Made by a program: the position numbers and the translations under genes
Notes under the pieces: model-generated
What the model was told of the DNA's origin: nothing
The model's input: only the letters and a program-made list of their open reading frames with translations
Databases searched by the model: none
In this document: positions 63,982 to 64,000 of the stretch, in pieces
Layout: the number at the start of each line of letters is the position of its first letter
How positions within the stretch are numbered: position 1 is the first letter of the stretch
Origin: Hormiphora californensis
Lineage: Eukaryota > Animalia > Ctenophora
DNA: 64,000 bases
Assembly: GCA_020137815.1 (NCBI GenBank)
Contig: CM035354.1
Span: 4,712,001 to 4,776,000, forward strand
Direction: 5' to 3'

Positions 63982-64000
63982 CTGTAAAATGGTTACATGT

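Overview
Eukaryotic, intron-rich, (GA)n-rich animal DNA, most likely a cydippid ctenophore (inference from short GT-AG introns, acceptor-preceded start codons and a short CAGTC..GACTG repeat I recall from Pleurobrachia). Gene models below were spliced and translated by hand. From left to right: a degenerate Oxa1/Nit2 tandem-duplication relic; Oxa1; an unknown nuclear protein; TRAPPC5; a carbohydrate sulfotransferase with syntaxin-17 nested antisense in intron 3; an atypical bHLH (basic-region Glu->Gln) with an intronless PIM-like kinase nested antisense in its last intron; a truncated Penelope-like retroelement with a 3' hammerhead ribozyme; two low-complexity hypothetical genes; two divergent tandem beta-tubulins; an Ig-superfamily receptor; a C2H2 zinc-finger gene; LRMDA; and two paralogous Cys-patterned, probably GPI-anchored proteins of no family I recognise. 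Many non-autonomous DNA transposons and one CAA-tailed retroposon are present. Most interesting: the bHLH/kinase/E-box module, the operon-like trans-splicing cluster, the M-loop-divergent tubulins and the unknown GPI-anchored family. No database searches were possible, so family assignments rest on recalled motifs.
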